A stretch of DNA of 63,860 bases, filler included, from 5 parts of 5 records of this genome joined end to end with filler, not necessarily neighbours in it, one strand, 5' to 3'. Positions 24,007 through 35,076 are shown, counted from the whole stretch's first letter. The notes: generated from the letters alone by a model not told the origin. Numbers and translations: made by a program.

Positions 24007-25497
24007 ATGAAATTATTAAAGTGCATCGGTGGATTTATTCTAAATATAGCTAAAAATATGAGTCACGGTATTAATAAAATTTGTCATAAGATTAAAGACG
24101 AATGTTTATCGCTATATCGAGGAACGAAAGATAGTGATATCTTTGTTCTTTTAAGCATATTAATCATATCAATTGGATATTTTAGAAGAAAACAATGGAT
24201 TAAAGGTATTATATATACGGCTTTTCAATCTGTATTCATAGTCTTTTTGATTATGATTGGTATTCCGACGTTATCCAAATTTAGTACATTAGGATCTGTA
24301 GCCTGGGAACAATATTATGATCCAGCGATTCGTGATACAGTGACTAATAATTATGATAACTCATTCACTATCTTATTATTTAGTTTATTTACAATACTAT
24401 TTATTTTTATTTACATAGTAGTTTTAATTAACAGTTATAAAAAACAAATATATTTGTTTAATTTAGAAAACAATGGAGAGCATATTCCTTCATTTAAGGA
24501 AGAAATTAAAGAATATTTAGATAAAAAATTTTTTATTACATTATTAGCTTTACCAGTTGTTGGTGTAGTTATATTTACAATTATTCCATTAGTTTTTATG
24601 TTTTTAGTAGCATTTACTAATTATGATTTAGCACATTCCCCACCAATAAATTTATTTACATGGGTTGGATTTAGGAATTTCCAAATATTATTTAATATAG
24701 GGGGAACAAATTCATCATTTGGTTATTCTTTCGGACGTGTTATATCATGGACTGTTATATGGTCATTACTAGCAACTATTACAACTTATATTGGTGGTAT
24801 ACTATTAGCTATCTACATTAATAGCAAATTAACAAAATGGCCTAAATTATGGCGTACGTTATTTGTTATTACAATTGCAGTACCACAGTTTGTTTCTTTA
24901 TTATTAGTAAGAAATTTTTTTGCTACAACAGGTATCGCAAATACTTTAGCAGAACAATGGGGTATATTGGATTTTCTGAAAAATATTGGATTAGTTAAAT
25001 CAAATTTATCATATATTCCGTTTTTAACAGATGAAATATGGTCTAAATCAATGATTATTTTAATTAACTGTTGGATTGGATTTCCATATCTTATGTTAAT
25101 AGCAACTGGTATTTTAATGAATATACCTAAAGAATTATATGAAAGCGCAAAAATTGATGGTGCGAATAAATTTCAATTATTTATTAAAATTACAATGCCA
25201 TATATGTTATTTGTAACTGCACCGTATCTTATCACGCAGTTTATTCAAAACATGAATAATTTTAATGTGATCTATTTATTGACATCAAATAGAGTCACAA
25301 GTGATCAATTACTAGCAAATGTTAGAGCCTCTGACACTGACTTATTGATTACTTGGCTATTTAAATTAACGCAAGAAGAAGGAAACTATAAAATGGCTTC
25401 GACTATTGGTGTTGTTTTATTCCTCGTCACTTCAATACTTACTTTAGTAGCGTTTAATCAAACAATTAAAGGTGATAAGGAGGAAAGATTTCAATGA
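24007..25497 (+). CDS. Carbohydrate ABC permease (MalF/GanP-like)
   Basis: EAA-type motif LYESAKIDGA; AFTNYD; multiple TMs. Confidence 0.9.
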   Translation: MKLLKCIGGFILNIAKNMSHGINKICHKIKDECLSLYRGTKDSDIFVLLSILIISIGYFRRKQWIKGIIYTAFQSVFIVFLIMIGIPTLSKFSTLGSVAWEQYYDPAIRDTVTNNYDNSFTILLFSLFTILFIFIYIVVLINSYKKQIYLFNLENNGEHIPSFKEEIKEYLDKKFFITLLALPVVGVVIFTIIPLVFMFLVAFTNYDLAHSPPINLFTWVGFRNFQILFNIGGTNSSFGYSFGRVISWTVIWSLLATITTYIGGILLAIYINSKLTKWPKLWRTLFVITIAVPQFVSLLLVRNFFATTGIANTLAEQWGILDFLKNIGLVKSNLSYIPFLTDEIWSKSMIILINCWIGFPYLMLIATGILMNIPKELYESAKIDGANKFQLFIKITMPYMLFVTAPYLITQFIQNMNNFNVIYLLTSNRVTSDQLLANVRASDTDLLITWLFKLTQEEGNYKMASTIGVVLFLVTSILTLVAFNQTIKGDKEERFQ

Positions 25498-26357
25498 TAA
25501 AAAACAGAAAATCTCCACGTAAAATTTTAAATATGTCCATACATAATTTTCTATTACTAGTTTTAGCAATTGTTTGGTTAATTCCAATGATATGGTTAGT
25601 AGCAAATTCTTTTTCTACTGAAACTGGTTTAAATTATACAACCTTTTTTCCTGATAAATGGACATTTAACAACTATTATCGACTGTTTTTTGATACTGAT
25701 TCTGTTGCAAATTTTCCTGCTTGGTTTAAAAACACATTAATTGTTGCAATTTTTTCTAGTATAATTTCGAGTTTCTTTGTGCTTATGGTAGCATATGCAT
25801 TTAGTAGAAATAGATTTAAGGCAAGAAAACCTATGATGAACGTAAGTGTTATTCTCGGTTTATTTCCAGGTATACTTTCGATGATTGCAATTTATTTCAT
25901 TTTAAAGAATATTGGATTATTAGATAGTCTAGCAGCACTTGTCATTGTATATTCTGCAGGTAGTGGATTAGGATATTTAGTAGCAAAAGGGTTCTTTGAT
26001 ACAATTCCTAAATCACTTGATGAAGCAGCAACTATTGATGGAGCTACTCAGTGGGATATTTTTTGGAAGATTATTCTTCCGCTATCTAAGCCTATCATTG
26101 TCTATACTACATTATTGTCTTTTATCGCGCCTTGGGTAGATTTTATATTTGCAAGAATTATTATGGCTTCTAATGATTCAACTAAATATACGGTAGCTAT
26201 CGGTCTGTTCTCAATGCTTGATAGGGGATTAATTTCATCTTATTTTTCACTATTCTGTGCAGGCGCTGTAATCGTATCAATTCCAATTGCATTGCTCTTC
26301 ATTATTATGCAAAATTTCTATGTTGAAGGTGTTACTGGTGGAAGTGTTAAAGGTTAG
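25494..26357 (+). CDS. Carbohydrate ABC permease (MalG/GanQ-like)
   Basis: KGFFDTIPKSLDEAATIDGA; C-terminal GGSVKG. Confidence 0.9.
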   Translation: MIKNRKSPRKILNMSIHNFLLLVLAIVWLIPMIWLVANSFSTETGLNYTTFFPDKWTFNNYYRLFFDTDSVANFPAWFKNTLIVAIFSSIISSFFVLMVAYAFSRNRFKARKPMMNVSVILGLFPGILSMIAIYFILKNIGLLDSLAALVIVYSAGSGLGYLVAKGFFDTIPKSLDEAATIDGATQWDIFWKIILPLSKPIIVYTTLLSFIAPWVDFIFARIIMASNDSTKYTVAIGLFSMLDRGLISSYFSLFCAGAVIVSIPIALLFIIMQNFYVEGVTGGSVKG

Positions 26358-26480
26358 TTTTATAGGGTCTCAAAAAATTATATGATAAATTCTAAATAGA
26401 CCTTTCCATATTTGTATGATACTTTGGGTCTTTAAAAAATAAGGTGGTAAAACCGACCTTTCTAAAACTAGGTGGTAGAT

Positions 26481-26511
26481 AAATGGCACTTCAAATGAAG
26501 TGCCATTTTTT
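26481..26511. terminator. Hairpin terminator downstream of the sugar operon
   Basis: AAATGGCACTTCA-AA-TGAAGTGCCATTT plus T-run. Confidence 0.7.
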
Positions 26512-26795
26512 ACTACCATAACTCTTCCTTCTATTTGTTATGTATAAACACATCGTATAAATTCTTGGAAATATATATGTCTTATATATGATTTATTGTG
26601 TATAAAATGTTTGTACTTGTTAAATGTGATAAAGTCGACACTAGCTTTATTTATGGTTAATAACTATATGAAAATGAAGGATTACTTTTTTATTACGAGA
26701 AATAAGCCAATCTAATATCAATTAATATTTTAAAGTTTTTTTATTTTTGATACTTTTGTCATATAATAGATATAAACATTTTATTTGAGGTCGAT

Positions 26796-27503
26796 ATGGG
26801 TACATTAATTAATACAGCTGCAATCATTGTTGCAACAGCGTTAGGTTTATTGTTGAAAAAAGGTTTATCTGAAAAAATACAAAAATCTGTCATCTTCGCG
26901 ATAGGACTCGGACTCTTTGTAGTTTCTATAGGGTGGTTTATCAGTGATTTTATAGTGATAGAAAGTGGTGAACTTTCTACCCGCTTTGATATGCTAATGA
27001 TTATATCTTTAGTTTTGGGGATAGCAATTGGCACATATTTTGATTTAGATGGCAAGATCAATCGTTTTGCTTTAAGCATAGAGAAGAAGTATCAGCTACC
27101 ACCAATTGCTAAAGGTTTTGTGACAGCAACACTTATATTTGGTGTTGGCGCGATGTCTATTACTGGTGCTATTCAAGATGGTGTAGGTGATGGGATGAAT
27201 ATCTTACTCGTTAAGTCTACACTTGATTTTTTCACAGGAATGATACTTGCATCGACATTAGGTATTGGCGTTGGATTTTCAGCAATATTTGTACTCATCT
27301 ACCAAGGAAGTATCACATTGCTTGCATCATTTCTAAGTCAATATGTACCACTTGATATGATTACAGCAGTTTCGATGGTTGGTAATTTAATACTTGTGCC
27401 AATTGCACTTAATTTTATGGACATAACAAAAGTGAAAATTGCAAATTTAATACCTGCGTTATGTATACCTATCATATATTTTATCATCATATCATTCATA
27501 TAA
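26796..27503 (+). CDS. DUF554-family membrane protein
   Basis: MGTLINTAAII, FGVGAMSITGAIQDG and KSTLDF motifs. Confidence 0.85.
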   Translation: MGTLINTAAIIVATALGLLLKKGLSEKIQKSVIFAIGLGLFVVSIGWFISDFIVIESGELSTRFDMLMIISLVLGIAIGTYFDLDGKINRFALSIEKKYQLPPIAKGFVTATLIFGVGAMSITGAIQDGVGDGMNILLVKSTLDFFTGMILASTLGIGVGFSAIFVLIYQGSITLLASFLSQYVPLDMITAVSMVGNLILVPIALNFMDITKVKIANLIPALCIPIIYFIIISFI

Positions 27504-27536
27504 AAAAAAGACCTTTTATATATAAGGTCTTTTTTG
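27504..27536. terminator. Bidirectional terminator
   Basis: AAAAAAGACCTT...AAGGTCTTTTTT between convergent genes. Confidence 0.75.
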
Positions 27537-27554
27537 TTTATTTTAATGTGTGAA

Positions 27555-30539
27555 CTATGCTTCTAGAATGTCGAACCATGAACCATATAAATCATCATAA
27601 TTTTGGTCGAAGACACCGTTATCTGATAATTGATAATTATGGAATTGACTTAAGTTGATATTTCTAATGTTTGTTAATCTTGTAGCTGCAGTGCTATCTT
27701 CAAAAGTAGCACCTTCAACAAGTTTAAAGATTAACTCTCTTTGCATATAAGTGTTTGAATACATAGTTGTTATTGGTGATAAGTAAGTGTTAATTGCATC
27801 TTCAACATCACTTGGAAGTGCAGCACCCTCATCAGTTTCACTTAATACTAAGTAGTATTCAATTTGACTAGCAGTTAATTTTTCTGAATCTTCATTATAT
27901 ACATCTAAGTTAAGATCAACATCAATATAATCTTCATCGTCATCATCATCAGCTTCATAGATTGCACTTGTATGTTCTCCAATTTCATCAACTAAAATGA
28001 AATGGTAACCAAATGATGATTGAATGAGTGATAATTCAGATTCATCTAAACCATCACCATATTGGATTTCATCATAGAAATCAAGGTAAGGATATAATGA
28101 GTCATCATCATCCATATCAACAAGTGTATCATATAAATCAATGGCTCTATCATAGAATACATCATCTAAAACTGATGAGTTTGTAATCATATTAGAACTA
28201 TTAGTAATATCACTTGAAATACTTTCATAAGTCATATAGAAACCTAATTGACGATACTCTGACCAATATAATTCAGGTTGGATATCAATAGCAACGCCAT
28301 TTGCTTCATCACCAAAGCTTCCACGAAGGATTCTACCAGTTTCATTAAATTCAGTTGCTATGTCAGCTAAACCTGATTCAAAGTCAGTATATAATCCAAC
28401 ACGATCATAAACTTCTTCAACTAATGCAAGTAAACCTTCAATAACATCATCTTTAGCATCTACAGTTAATGAATCTAAGTATTCTGTTGGATCATCAGGT
28501 GTTCCATCAGCATCTTGATCAAAATAGATTAATAAGTGAGATACAGTAATAGATTTTTCAAAATCATATTGTAATGCAGCAAGTTCTTCGAATTTTTCAT
28601 AGATTGTTTCGCTATCATCACCATAATGGTTTTCATAATCAGTTAAGTATTGATCTCTTAAGTCTGGATAAACATATAATTCGTTAATGGCTTCTTCGTT
28701 TGAAGTCGCACCGAATGCAACAAGTAAGAATGCTTCTCTACCCATTGAAGCAGGATAACTTGAATAACTATCTGATGAGAAAGCAGTAATGATTTCTTCA
28801 AATTGTTCTTCATAATCATCGTAGTCATCATCGCTTACAGTATATTCATCACTTGCTAATAATACTTTATTAGTTAAGATATCAAATGCTAAGTTAATAC
28901 CATATGCTTTTTCAACTTCAGTATAGAACTCATCTACTGAGATTTCAGTTGTTACGTCATCTACTGTAAGAGAAGCTAATACGTTACCTTCTTTATTATC
29001 ATCTGAACCATCATAACCATAGTTTTGTTCATATAAGATACGTAATGCATTATCATATATATCTAATTCTAAATCATCATATTTATTATTTACAGCAACA
29101 GAGATATAAGAACTAGTTAATTTACTATCAATTAATTCTTCTCTAGCAGTTGCTTTAGCTGCAACAGCTTCAGCAGAATCAGAGAAAATATATTCTTCAT
29201 CATCATCGTCGTCATCAACATCATCAGTATCTTCTACTAAAATACCTTCTTCATCAGCACTGTTATCATCTAATTTAAAGACTAAGTATCTATAATCACC
29301 AAATGTTTGAATTCTTGATGAATATGCTTTTTCTGTGTCAGGGTCTTCAATTAAAGTTTCAGCTGTTAATGTTGAATAGATGTGAGATCTAAGAGAAGTA
29401 TTATAATCAGTTAAATCTTCATATGTATAAGTTGTATCAAATGGATCATCATTTGCATCAACGATAGAACCATCAGTTGATACTGAAATCATTGCTGTTG
29501 GATTTAATACATTATATAGTTCAACAAATTTTTCTTTAATTTGAGCTGTTGTTAATGCTGTATCAGGATAAGCATCTCTAGAAGTTGAGATTGTATATGC
29601 TTTATAGTAATCTTCAAAATCAGATACACTTAATTTTGAACGGTCTGCATAATCAACACCCATTTTACCAAGTAAATCAAGATCTTCTAAAATATCAATA
29701 ATATAACCATAAGTTACAGTATCTGTTAAATCAACGTATCCAGCTTCACCTTGAGCAATACGGATATCAGGTAATTCATACCATAAACCTTTAGAATCAG
29801 ATTTTAATCCAACTTGATATAGTGCAGCATTTGCTTCGTTTAAGTTGATAAAACGTACAACTAATGCTTCGACATCATATTGACCTTCAGTGTTTGATTG
29901 ATAGTATGATACGATATCTTCATCTTCAACATAATAATCACTATCTTCATCATCTACATCTTCTGCAAGTTCATCAGCAGCATATAATCTCTCAGCAACT
30001 GATAACTTGTATGTATCTACGATTACATCGATATCTTCATATCCTGCAAAAGTATCACCTAAGTTGATAAGATCATTATATAAAGCGTCTGTGTCAAGAT
30101 TGTTGTCTAATAAATACATTGAATCAACGAATTGTTCAATGTCCATGATGTAAACGTCGTTATCATCATCATATAAATCTTGTAAATTTTCTTCGTCATC
30201 TGTACCAAAGATGGCAGTATTGACTGTTTCATAGAAGTATTCTAATGTATCTTCATCACCTGATGCTAATTTTGATTCAGCATCTTCAATATAATCACTA
30301 AAAATAATTTCTTCGATCATTGATGATAAGACTGATACACCTTGAATACGGAATTTATCATATAGCTCGACCTCAGATACTGATTCGCCGTCTAATGATA
30401 CGTAAATATTGTCTTCTGATAAGCTACCATATGGTGTTTTCGTGTCACCGCTACAAGCAGCTAATGTGAGCGCTCCTGCAACCACTAATACTAGTGCAGC
30501 AATCCTTCTCATGTTTTTGATTCGATTCATTGTGTTCAC
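27555..30539 (-). CDS. Large, very acidic lipoprotein with PrsA/parvulin-like C-terminal region
   Basis: Lipobox LAAC; VSHLLIY and SSFGYHFI parvulin-like motifs; very D/E-rich. Confidence 0.6.
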   Translation of the reverse strand: MNTMNRIKNMRRIAALVLVVAGALTLAACSGDTKTPYGSLSEDNIYVSLDGESVSEVELYDKFRIQGVSVLSSMIEEIIFSDYIEDAESKLASGDEDTLEYFYETVNTAIFGTDDEENLQDLYDDDNDVYIMDIEQFVDSMYLLDNNLDTDALYNDLINLGDTFAGYEDIDVIVDTYKLSVAERLYAADELAEDVDDEDSDYYVEDEDIVSYYQSNTEGQYDVEALVVRFINLNEANAALYQVGLKSDSKGLWYELPDIRIAQGEAGYVDLTDTVTYGYIIDILEDLDLLGKMGVDYADRSKLSVSDFEDYYKAYTISTSRDAYPDTALTTAQIKEKFVELYNVLNPTAMISVSTDGSIVDANDDPFDTTYTYEDLTDYNTSLRSHIYSTLTAETLIEDPDTEKAYSSRIQTFGDYRYLVFKLDDNSADEEGILVEDTDDVDDDDDDEEYIFSDSAEAVAAKATAREELIDSKLTSSYISVAVNNKYDDLELDIYDNALRILYEQNYGYDGSDDNKEGNVLASLTVDDVTTEISVDEFYTEVEKAYGINLAFDILTNKVLLASDEYTVSDDDYDDYEEQFEEIITAFSSDSYSSYPASMGREAFLLVAFGATSNEEAINELYVYPDLRDQYLTDYENHYGDDSETIYEKFEELAALQYDFEKSITVSHLLIYFDQDADGTPDDPTEYLDSLTVDAKDDVIEGLLALVEEVYDRVGLYTDFESGLADIATEFNETGRILRGSFGDEANGVAIDIQPELYWSEYRQLGFYMTYESISSDITNSSNMITNSSVLDDVFYDRAIDLYDTLVDMDDDDSLYPYLDFYDEIQYGDGLDESELSLIQSSFGYHFILVDEIGEHTSAIYEADDDDDEDYIDVDLNLDVYNEDSEKLTASQIEYYLVLSETDEGAALPSDVEDAINTYLSPITTMYSNTYMQRELIFKLVEGATFEDSTAATRLTNIRNINLSQFHNYQLSDNGVFDQNYDDLYGSWFDILEA

Positions 30540-30661
30540 TCCTTATTTGTATATCATACAAGCAGTTATAATATAGCATTTTTTCATGGGTATTGCAACA
30601 ACTTTCAAGTTTATTTGTTAATATCACATACTTTTATGATAATATAAAAGAAGGTGATGAC

Positions 30662-31426
30662 ATGGAAGTATTTATATTAGCAAGTGGATCTAAGGGAAAT
30701 ATGACCTACTTAAAAGTAGGACATATTAAATGTTTCATTGATGCTGGTATTAGCTATAGAAGAATGAGTAAGAAAATGCTCGAGTATAAAGAGGATATTT
30801 TTGATGTCCCTTATTTGTTGTTAACACATGAACACCATGATCATGTCATGGGACTAAAAGTCATGTTAAAACAAGGATTTTTAAAGAAGATTTTTATGAC
30901 ACAAGGTACATTTGATGGACTACACGATGATGTGAAAGTATTATTGCCTGAGGTTGTGATTCTGCGTTCTCTAAACACATTAATGATTGATGATGTATCA
31001 GTGACACCTTTTGGCATTTCACATGATGCAAATGAACCTGTTGGTTTTATTGTTGAAGCTGAGAAAAAACTAGTTTTACTCTATGATACAGGCTATCTTG
31101 ATCAGGTGTATCATGAATTAATAAGTGGCGCAGATATTTATATTTTAGAAGCAAACCATCATCCTGCGATGCTTATGAATTCACCAAGACCTTTTATGCT
31201 TAAAAAAAGGATTTTATCTGAAAAAGGACATTTATCAAATGATGAAGCGACCTATTTATTAAATAAATGTATTAAACAGGATGCCATATGGATTGCATCA
31301 CATTTATCTGAGGATTGTAATAGTATTTTAGCCATTGAAGAATCTATTGTAAAAGTATTCGATGATCCAACTAAAGTTGAGGTTTATTATGCAACAAAAG
31401 AAGGATTAGGAGGCATTAAAATATGA
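30662..31426 (+). CDS. MBL-fold metallohydrolase (YycJ/WalJ-like)
   Basis: LASGSKGN, THEHHDH, SHDANEP and GHLSN motifs. Confidence 0.88.
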   Translation: MEVFILASGSKGNMTYLKVGHIKCFIDAGISYRRMSKKMLEYKEDIFDVPYLLLTHEHHDHVMGLKVMLKQGFLKKIFMTQGTFDGLHDDVKVLLPEVVILRSLNTLMIDDVSVTPFGISHDANEPVGFIVEAEKKLVLLYDTGYLDQVYHELISGADIYILEANHHPAMLMNSPRPFMLKKRILSEKGHLSNDEATYLLNKCIKQDAIWIASHLSEDCNSILAIEESIVKVFDDPTKVEVYYATKEGLGGIKI

Positions 31427-31866
31427 TTAAACTCATCGTTGTGGGAAAGATGAATCATAAATATTTAAATCAAGGGATTGCATATTATCAAAAGCAAATA
31501 CCTTATAAATTTCAAATCATTGAAGTTAAAGATGGTAAAAACGAATCGGCAAAAATATTAGAAGGGCAGCACATACTTAAACATATCGATCAACATGATT
31601 ATGTGATGGGTCTTGCGATTGCCGGTAAAATGTATACAAGTGAAGATTTTTCAAAAAAAATAGAACATGTCATGATGCATCAACAACATGATATTGTTTT
31701 TATAATTGGTGGGTCTTATGGTTTGTCTGATGAAGTGTATAAAAGATGTCAAGAAACAATATCATTTTCAAAGATGACATTTCCTCATCAACTGATGCGC
31801 CTTGTTTTTGTAGAACAATTATATCGTGCATTTATGATTATGAAAAATCATCCATATCATAAGTAG
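31423..31866 (+). CDS. rlmH: 23S rRNA pseudouridine-1915 N3-methyltransferase
   Basis: FIIGGSYGL, MTFPHQLMRL, EQLYRAF and HPYHK motifs. Confidence 0.93.
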   Translation: MIKLIVVGKMNHKYLNQGIAYYQKQIPYKFQIIEVKDGKNESAKILEGQHILKHIDQHDYVMGLAIAGKMYTSEDFSKKIEHVMMHQQHDIVFIIGGSYGLSDEVYKRCQETISFSKMTFPHQLMRLVFVEQLYRAFMIMKNHPYHK

Positions 31867-31874
31867 GAGGCGCT

Positions 31875-32498
31875 ATGAAATATATATTTTGGGATTTTAA
31901 TGGAACCATTTTAAATGATGCACCATTAACATATAAAATCTTATGTGAAATGCTTGAAGAAGTAGATGGAAAACCAGTGACATTTGATGAGTATCTCATG
32001 ATTTTTGGATTTCCTGTAAAAGACTATTATGCAAAGGTTTATGACTTAAATAAAATAAGTTTTAATGTCTTAGCAAAGAGATTTATAGATCTATATCAAC
32101 CAAGAAGTTTAAGTGCACCATTGCATGAAAATATTATTGAAGTGGTTAAGCATTTTAAAGCATTAGGTTATAAAAATATTGTGTTGTCAGCATCTGAGAT
32201 TAACAACTTAAAAGCACAGTTGAAACATTTCAATATCGATCATTTATTTGATGATATATTAGGAACTTCAGACATTCATGCAACAGGAAAAGTTGATGTC
32301 GCAAAAGCTTACATGACATCACATCACATTCATGGTGATCAAAGTGTGATGATTGGAGATACACTCCATGATGCAGAGATTGCGAAAATATTAGGCGTAA
32401 GACCTATATTGTTTACGAAGGGACATCAACACCCATCAAGACTCAAGACTTTTGAAAATGTAGATACATTGCTAGAACTCATCAATCGTATTAAATAA
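31875..32498 (+). CDS. HAD-family hydrolase
   Basis: WDFNGT and MIGDTLHD motifs. Confidence 0.88.
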   Translation: MKYIFWDFNGTILNDAPLTYKILCEMLEEVDGKPVTFDEYLMIFGFPVKDYYAKVYDLNKISFNVLAKRFIDLYQPRSLSAPLHENIIEVVKHFKALGYKNIVLSASEINNLKAQLKHFNIDHLFDDILGTSDIHATGKVDVAKAYMTSHHIHGDQSVMIGDTLHDAEIAKILGVRPILFTKGHQHPSRLKTFENVDTLLELINRIK

Positions 32499-32559
32499 GT
32501 CAATTTATGATATGATATAAGTACAAGTAATAAATATATGAATTTTAATGGAGAGAAAT

Positions 32560-33414
32560 ATGAAAAAAATAGCAATTCTAACATGCAGTAACGCTGGTTT
32601 AGATTACTTAGATTATCCCCAAGACATAGAGATTTTAAGATCAGTGATACATTTTGGTAATGATGAAAGTTTTAATGATTTTATTGATATGGATGCGAAA
32701 ACTTTCTATGAACGTATAAAAGCGAATCCAGATGATATTCCTAAAACTTCATATGTTGCTTTAGGGCAAATGATCGAAATTTTTGAAAAACTAGAGAAAA
32801 AAGGTTACGAAGAAGCCATTGTTATTACGATTTCTGGAAATCTTTCAGGCTTAAATGAAGCAGTTAAACGTGCAGGTGAAGAAGTTGGATTAAAAGTGAT
32901 TGCTTTTGATTCTAAGACGTTAGCATATGCTGAGGCATTTATGGTACTAGAAGCTCATCGTTTAGCTGAGGCAGGTAAATCTTCTGATGAGATCATTAAA
33001 CATCTAGAATTTATTAGAGATCACAATGAAGTATATTTTGCTGTTGATACACTTCTATATTTAGTAAAAAATGGAAGACTATCTAAATTGCAAGGTACAC
33101 TTGGAACAATGTTACAACTTAAACCTTTATTAACGATTAATAAAGAAGGAAAAGTTGAAACACTTGAAAAAATTAGAACCTCAAAAAAAGCACAAAAACG
33201 TGTTTTAGAAAAATATATCGAGAAAACTAAAGATATGAATTGTATCACCTATATATCACATGCACATGCTGATGATTATGTGACATGGTTTGTTGCTGAA
33301 ATTAAAAAAGTTTTCCCAGAACGTGAAGTTGTGGTTGCATATTTAACACCAGTTGTTGGTGCACATACAGGACCAAAAGCTTTAGGTCTTGGTTATATCG
33401 AAATTAAATCATAA
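32560..33414 (+). CDS. DegV / FakB fatty-acid-binding protein
   Basis: PKTS, ISGNLSG, LVKNGRLS and VGAHTGP motifs. Confidence 0.92.
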   Translation: MKKIAILTCSNAGLDYLDYPQDIEILRSVIHFGNDESFNDFIDMDAKTFYERIKANPDDIPKTSYVALGQMIEIFEKLEKKGYEEAIVITISGNLSGLNEAVKRAGEEVGLKVIAFDSKTLAYAEAFMVLEAHRLAEAGKSSDEIIKHLEFIRDHNEVYFAVDTLLYLVKNGRLSKLQGTLGTMLQLKPLLTINKEGKVETLEKIRTSKKAQKRVLEKYIEKTKDMNCITYISHAHADDYVTWFVAEIKKVFPEREVVVAYLTPVVGAHTGPKALGLGYIEIKS

Positions 33415-33415
33415 A

Positions 33416-33445
33416 AAATGGGACAACTCTATGTTGTCCCTTTTT
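33416..33445. terminator. Bidirectional terminator
   Basis: GGGACAAC-TCTAT-GTTGTCCC with flanking A/T runs. Confidence 0.75.
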
Positions 33446-33446
33446 G

Positions 33447-34415
33447 TTAATATCTTGAATTTTTAGTAATTTTTACGGTCTCATGCTCTTTTGATAATAT
33501 ACCAGATACAGGTATGAGCAAGAATGCTAGCCATGAAATATAGAATAAGCCAAAGAAATGACCTAGTGAGAAGAAGATGATGGTTGCGATAAAAGGCATC
33601 ACAGCAACCCATCTAAATTTACCACTGATAATAATTGCAGTCACTGGAATAAGTAATAGTACTTGCCATCCGTATGCCCATCCCTCAAAGTAAAAACCGA
33701 TAAATAAGAATGCAATGACATATAGAAGTGTAAAGAATCCCATGCTAAATGGTTTATCACCAAGGTTAGTAGATACGCTGATATTTCCAGAAGAAATAGA
33801 TACAACGATTGGTAATAAGAATACTAAATAACTAAGGTGACCAAATTCAGTGTATATTTGGAGATATAAATATGCGACGATTGCTGCAATGATTGATAAG
33901 CCAATTAAATAGCTTTTAGCTGATCGTTTAGTCAATGATCCTGAAAGTGGAACAAATAAGAAAACTAGCCATGCAAATTGTCGTTCTATATCAAACTCTA
34001 AGAGTACAAAGAATGCGATGAGTGCTAAAAATGGGGATAAACCAACAATGACATGTCTTGTTCTACCACTGATCACACCAGACATCGGTATAAGTAAGAA
34101 AATAAGCCAAGTAGGATGCCAAGTCTGTGTTGTTAGTCCAATTAACATAAAAGTGAAAACTGCGATGAATGGTGAAAGTGCAACAAATTTATGTTTATTT
34201 CTATTTTTATATACGTAAGTCAGTGTATCTTTTAAATCTTGATAAACATTTTTTGGTTCACCAAGCAAATCACGAATTTCCTTTTCTGACATTGATTTAT
34301 TAACACCTTCATCATATAAAAGTGTATAATCTGATAATATTTCATCGATATCTTTTTCTGATACATGATGATTTTCAAGTATTTCTCTTAATTCATTTAA
34401 ATAATCATTTTTCAT
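33447..34415 (-). CDS. DUF1700-like membrane protein, partner of PadR
   Basis: N-terminal YLNELRE...EILSDY...LGEPK followed by repeated TM hairpins (WLIFLLIP-type). Confidence 0.7.
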   Translation of the reverse strand: MKNDYLNELREILENHHVSEKDIDEILSDYTLLYDEGVNKSMSEKEIRDLLGEPKNVYQDLKDTLTYVYKNRNKHKFVALSPFIAVFTFMLIGLTTQTWHPTWLIFLLIPMSGVISGRTRHVIVGLSPFLALIAFFVLLEFDIERQFAWLVFLFVPLSGSLTKRSAKSYLIGLSIIAAIVAYLYLQIYTEFGHLSYLVFLLPIVVSISSGNISVSTNLGDKPFSMGFFTLLYVIAFLFIGFYFEGWAYGWQVLLLIPVTAIIISGKFRWVAVMPFIATIIFFSLGHFFGLFYISWLAFLLIPVSGILSKEHETVKITKNSRY

Positions 34416-34729
34416 TGTTTAATTCCTCCTAGTATTTTGTTAACCCCTTGTAAAAACGAAAACCATTCATTTTTGTATACTTGATAAACATCTAATCCCA
34501 CATGTGTCATGGTGTAATATTTTCTTGGTGCACCTTGATTGGTTGATTCATAGTATGTATCAAAATATCCTTGAGCAGTGAGTCTCCTAAGAATGGGATA
34601 AACCGTATTTTCATTGACATCAATGGTATCTGATAATGATTCAATGACTTCAAAACCATACATATCTTTTTGATTAATAAGGCTTAAAACACATAATTCA
34701 ACAATACCTTTTTTGAACTGTGTATTCAT
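34412..34729 (-). CDS. PadR-family transcriptional regulator
   Basis: QFKKGIVELCVL, MYGFE, VYPILRRL and RKYY motifs. Confidence 0.92.
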   Translation of the reverse strand: MNTQFKKGIVELCVLSLINQKDMYGFEVIESLSDTIDVNENTVYPILRRLTAQGYFDTYYESTNQGAPRKYYTMTHVGLDVYQVYKNEWFSFLQGVNKILGGIKQ

Positions 34730-34844
34730 GCTTTCCTCCTTTAGTGTGTATCACACAATACTAATATATCACGTTACTGTGTAAAACACAATACCTAAAA
34801 ATACTTTTTTTGCACAAAATTTATATTTATTAAAATGATACGTC

Positions 34845-34873
34845 TTGTCTTTATAAAAACTTTGTGATACTAT
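34845..34873 (+). promoter_or_regulatory. aro operon promoter
   Basis: TTGTCT, 17-nt spacer, TACTAT with an extended -10 TG. Confidence 0.55.
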
Positions 34874-34900
34874 ACTTACAAGCAAGAAAGGTGATTTACT

Positions 34901-34954
34901 ATGCTTAATTTAATGAAGACTGTTTTTTATTACGAATATTACTATCAAAAATAA
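34901..34954 (+). CDS. Tyr/Phe-rich leader peptide MLNLMKTVFYYEYYYQK (17 aa)
   Basis: AAAGGTGA RBS; 5 Tyr and 1 Phe in 7 consecutive codons; directly upstream of a terminator and aroF. Confidence 0.8.
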   Translation: MLNLMKTVFYYEYYYQK

Positions 34955-35024
34955 AGGATTGCAGGGCATTCCTTTTTGAGTCAGTAAAAACGTAAAAGGA
35001 AACAGCCGACCATAATCAATGATT

Positions 35025-35056
35025 ATCCGTGAGGTTGTTCCTCAGGGATTTTTTTA
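35025..35056 (+). terminator. Attenuator terminator in the aro leader
   Basis: ATCCGTGAGG-TTGTT-CCTCAGGGAT followed by a T-run, just before the aroF RBS. Confidence 0.75.
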
Positions 35057-35076
35057 TTTTAAAGGAGAAGAACATA

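Noticed and set aside
26360-26530. T-box-like AGGTGGTA motifs and a 49-codon minus-strand ORF after the sugar operon
   Set aside because: No specifier stem or amino-acid gene follows, and the ORF runs through the terminator palindrome; not supportable
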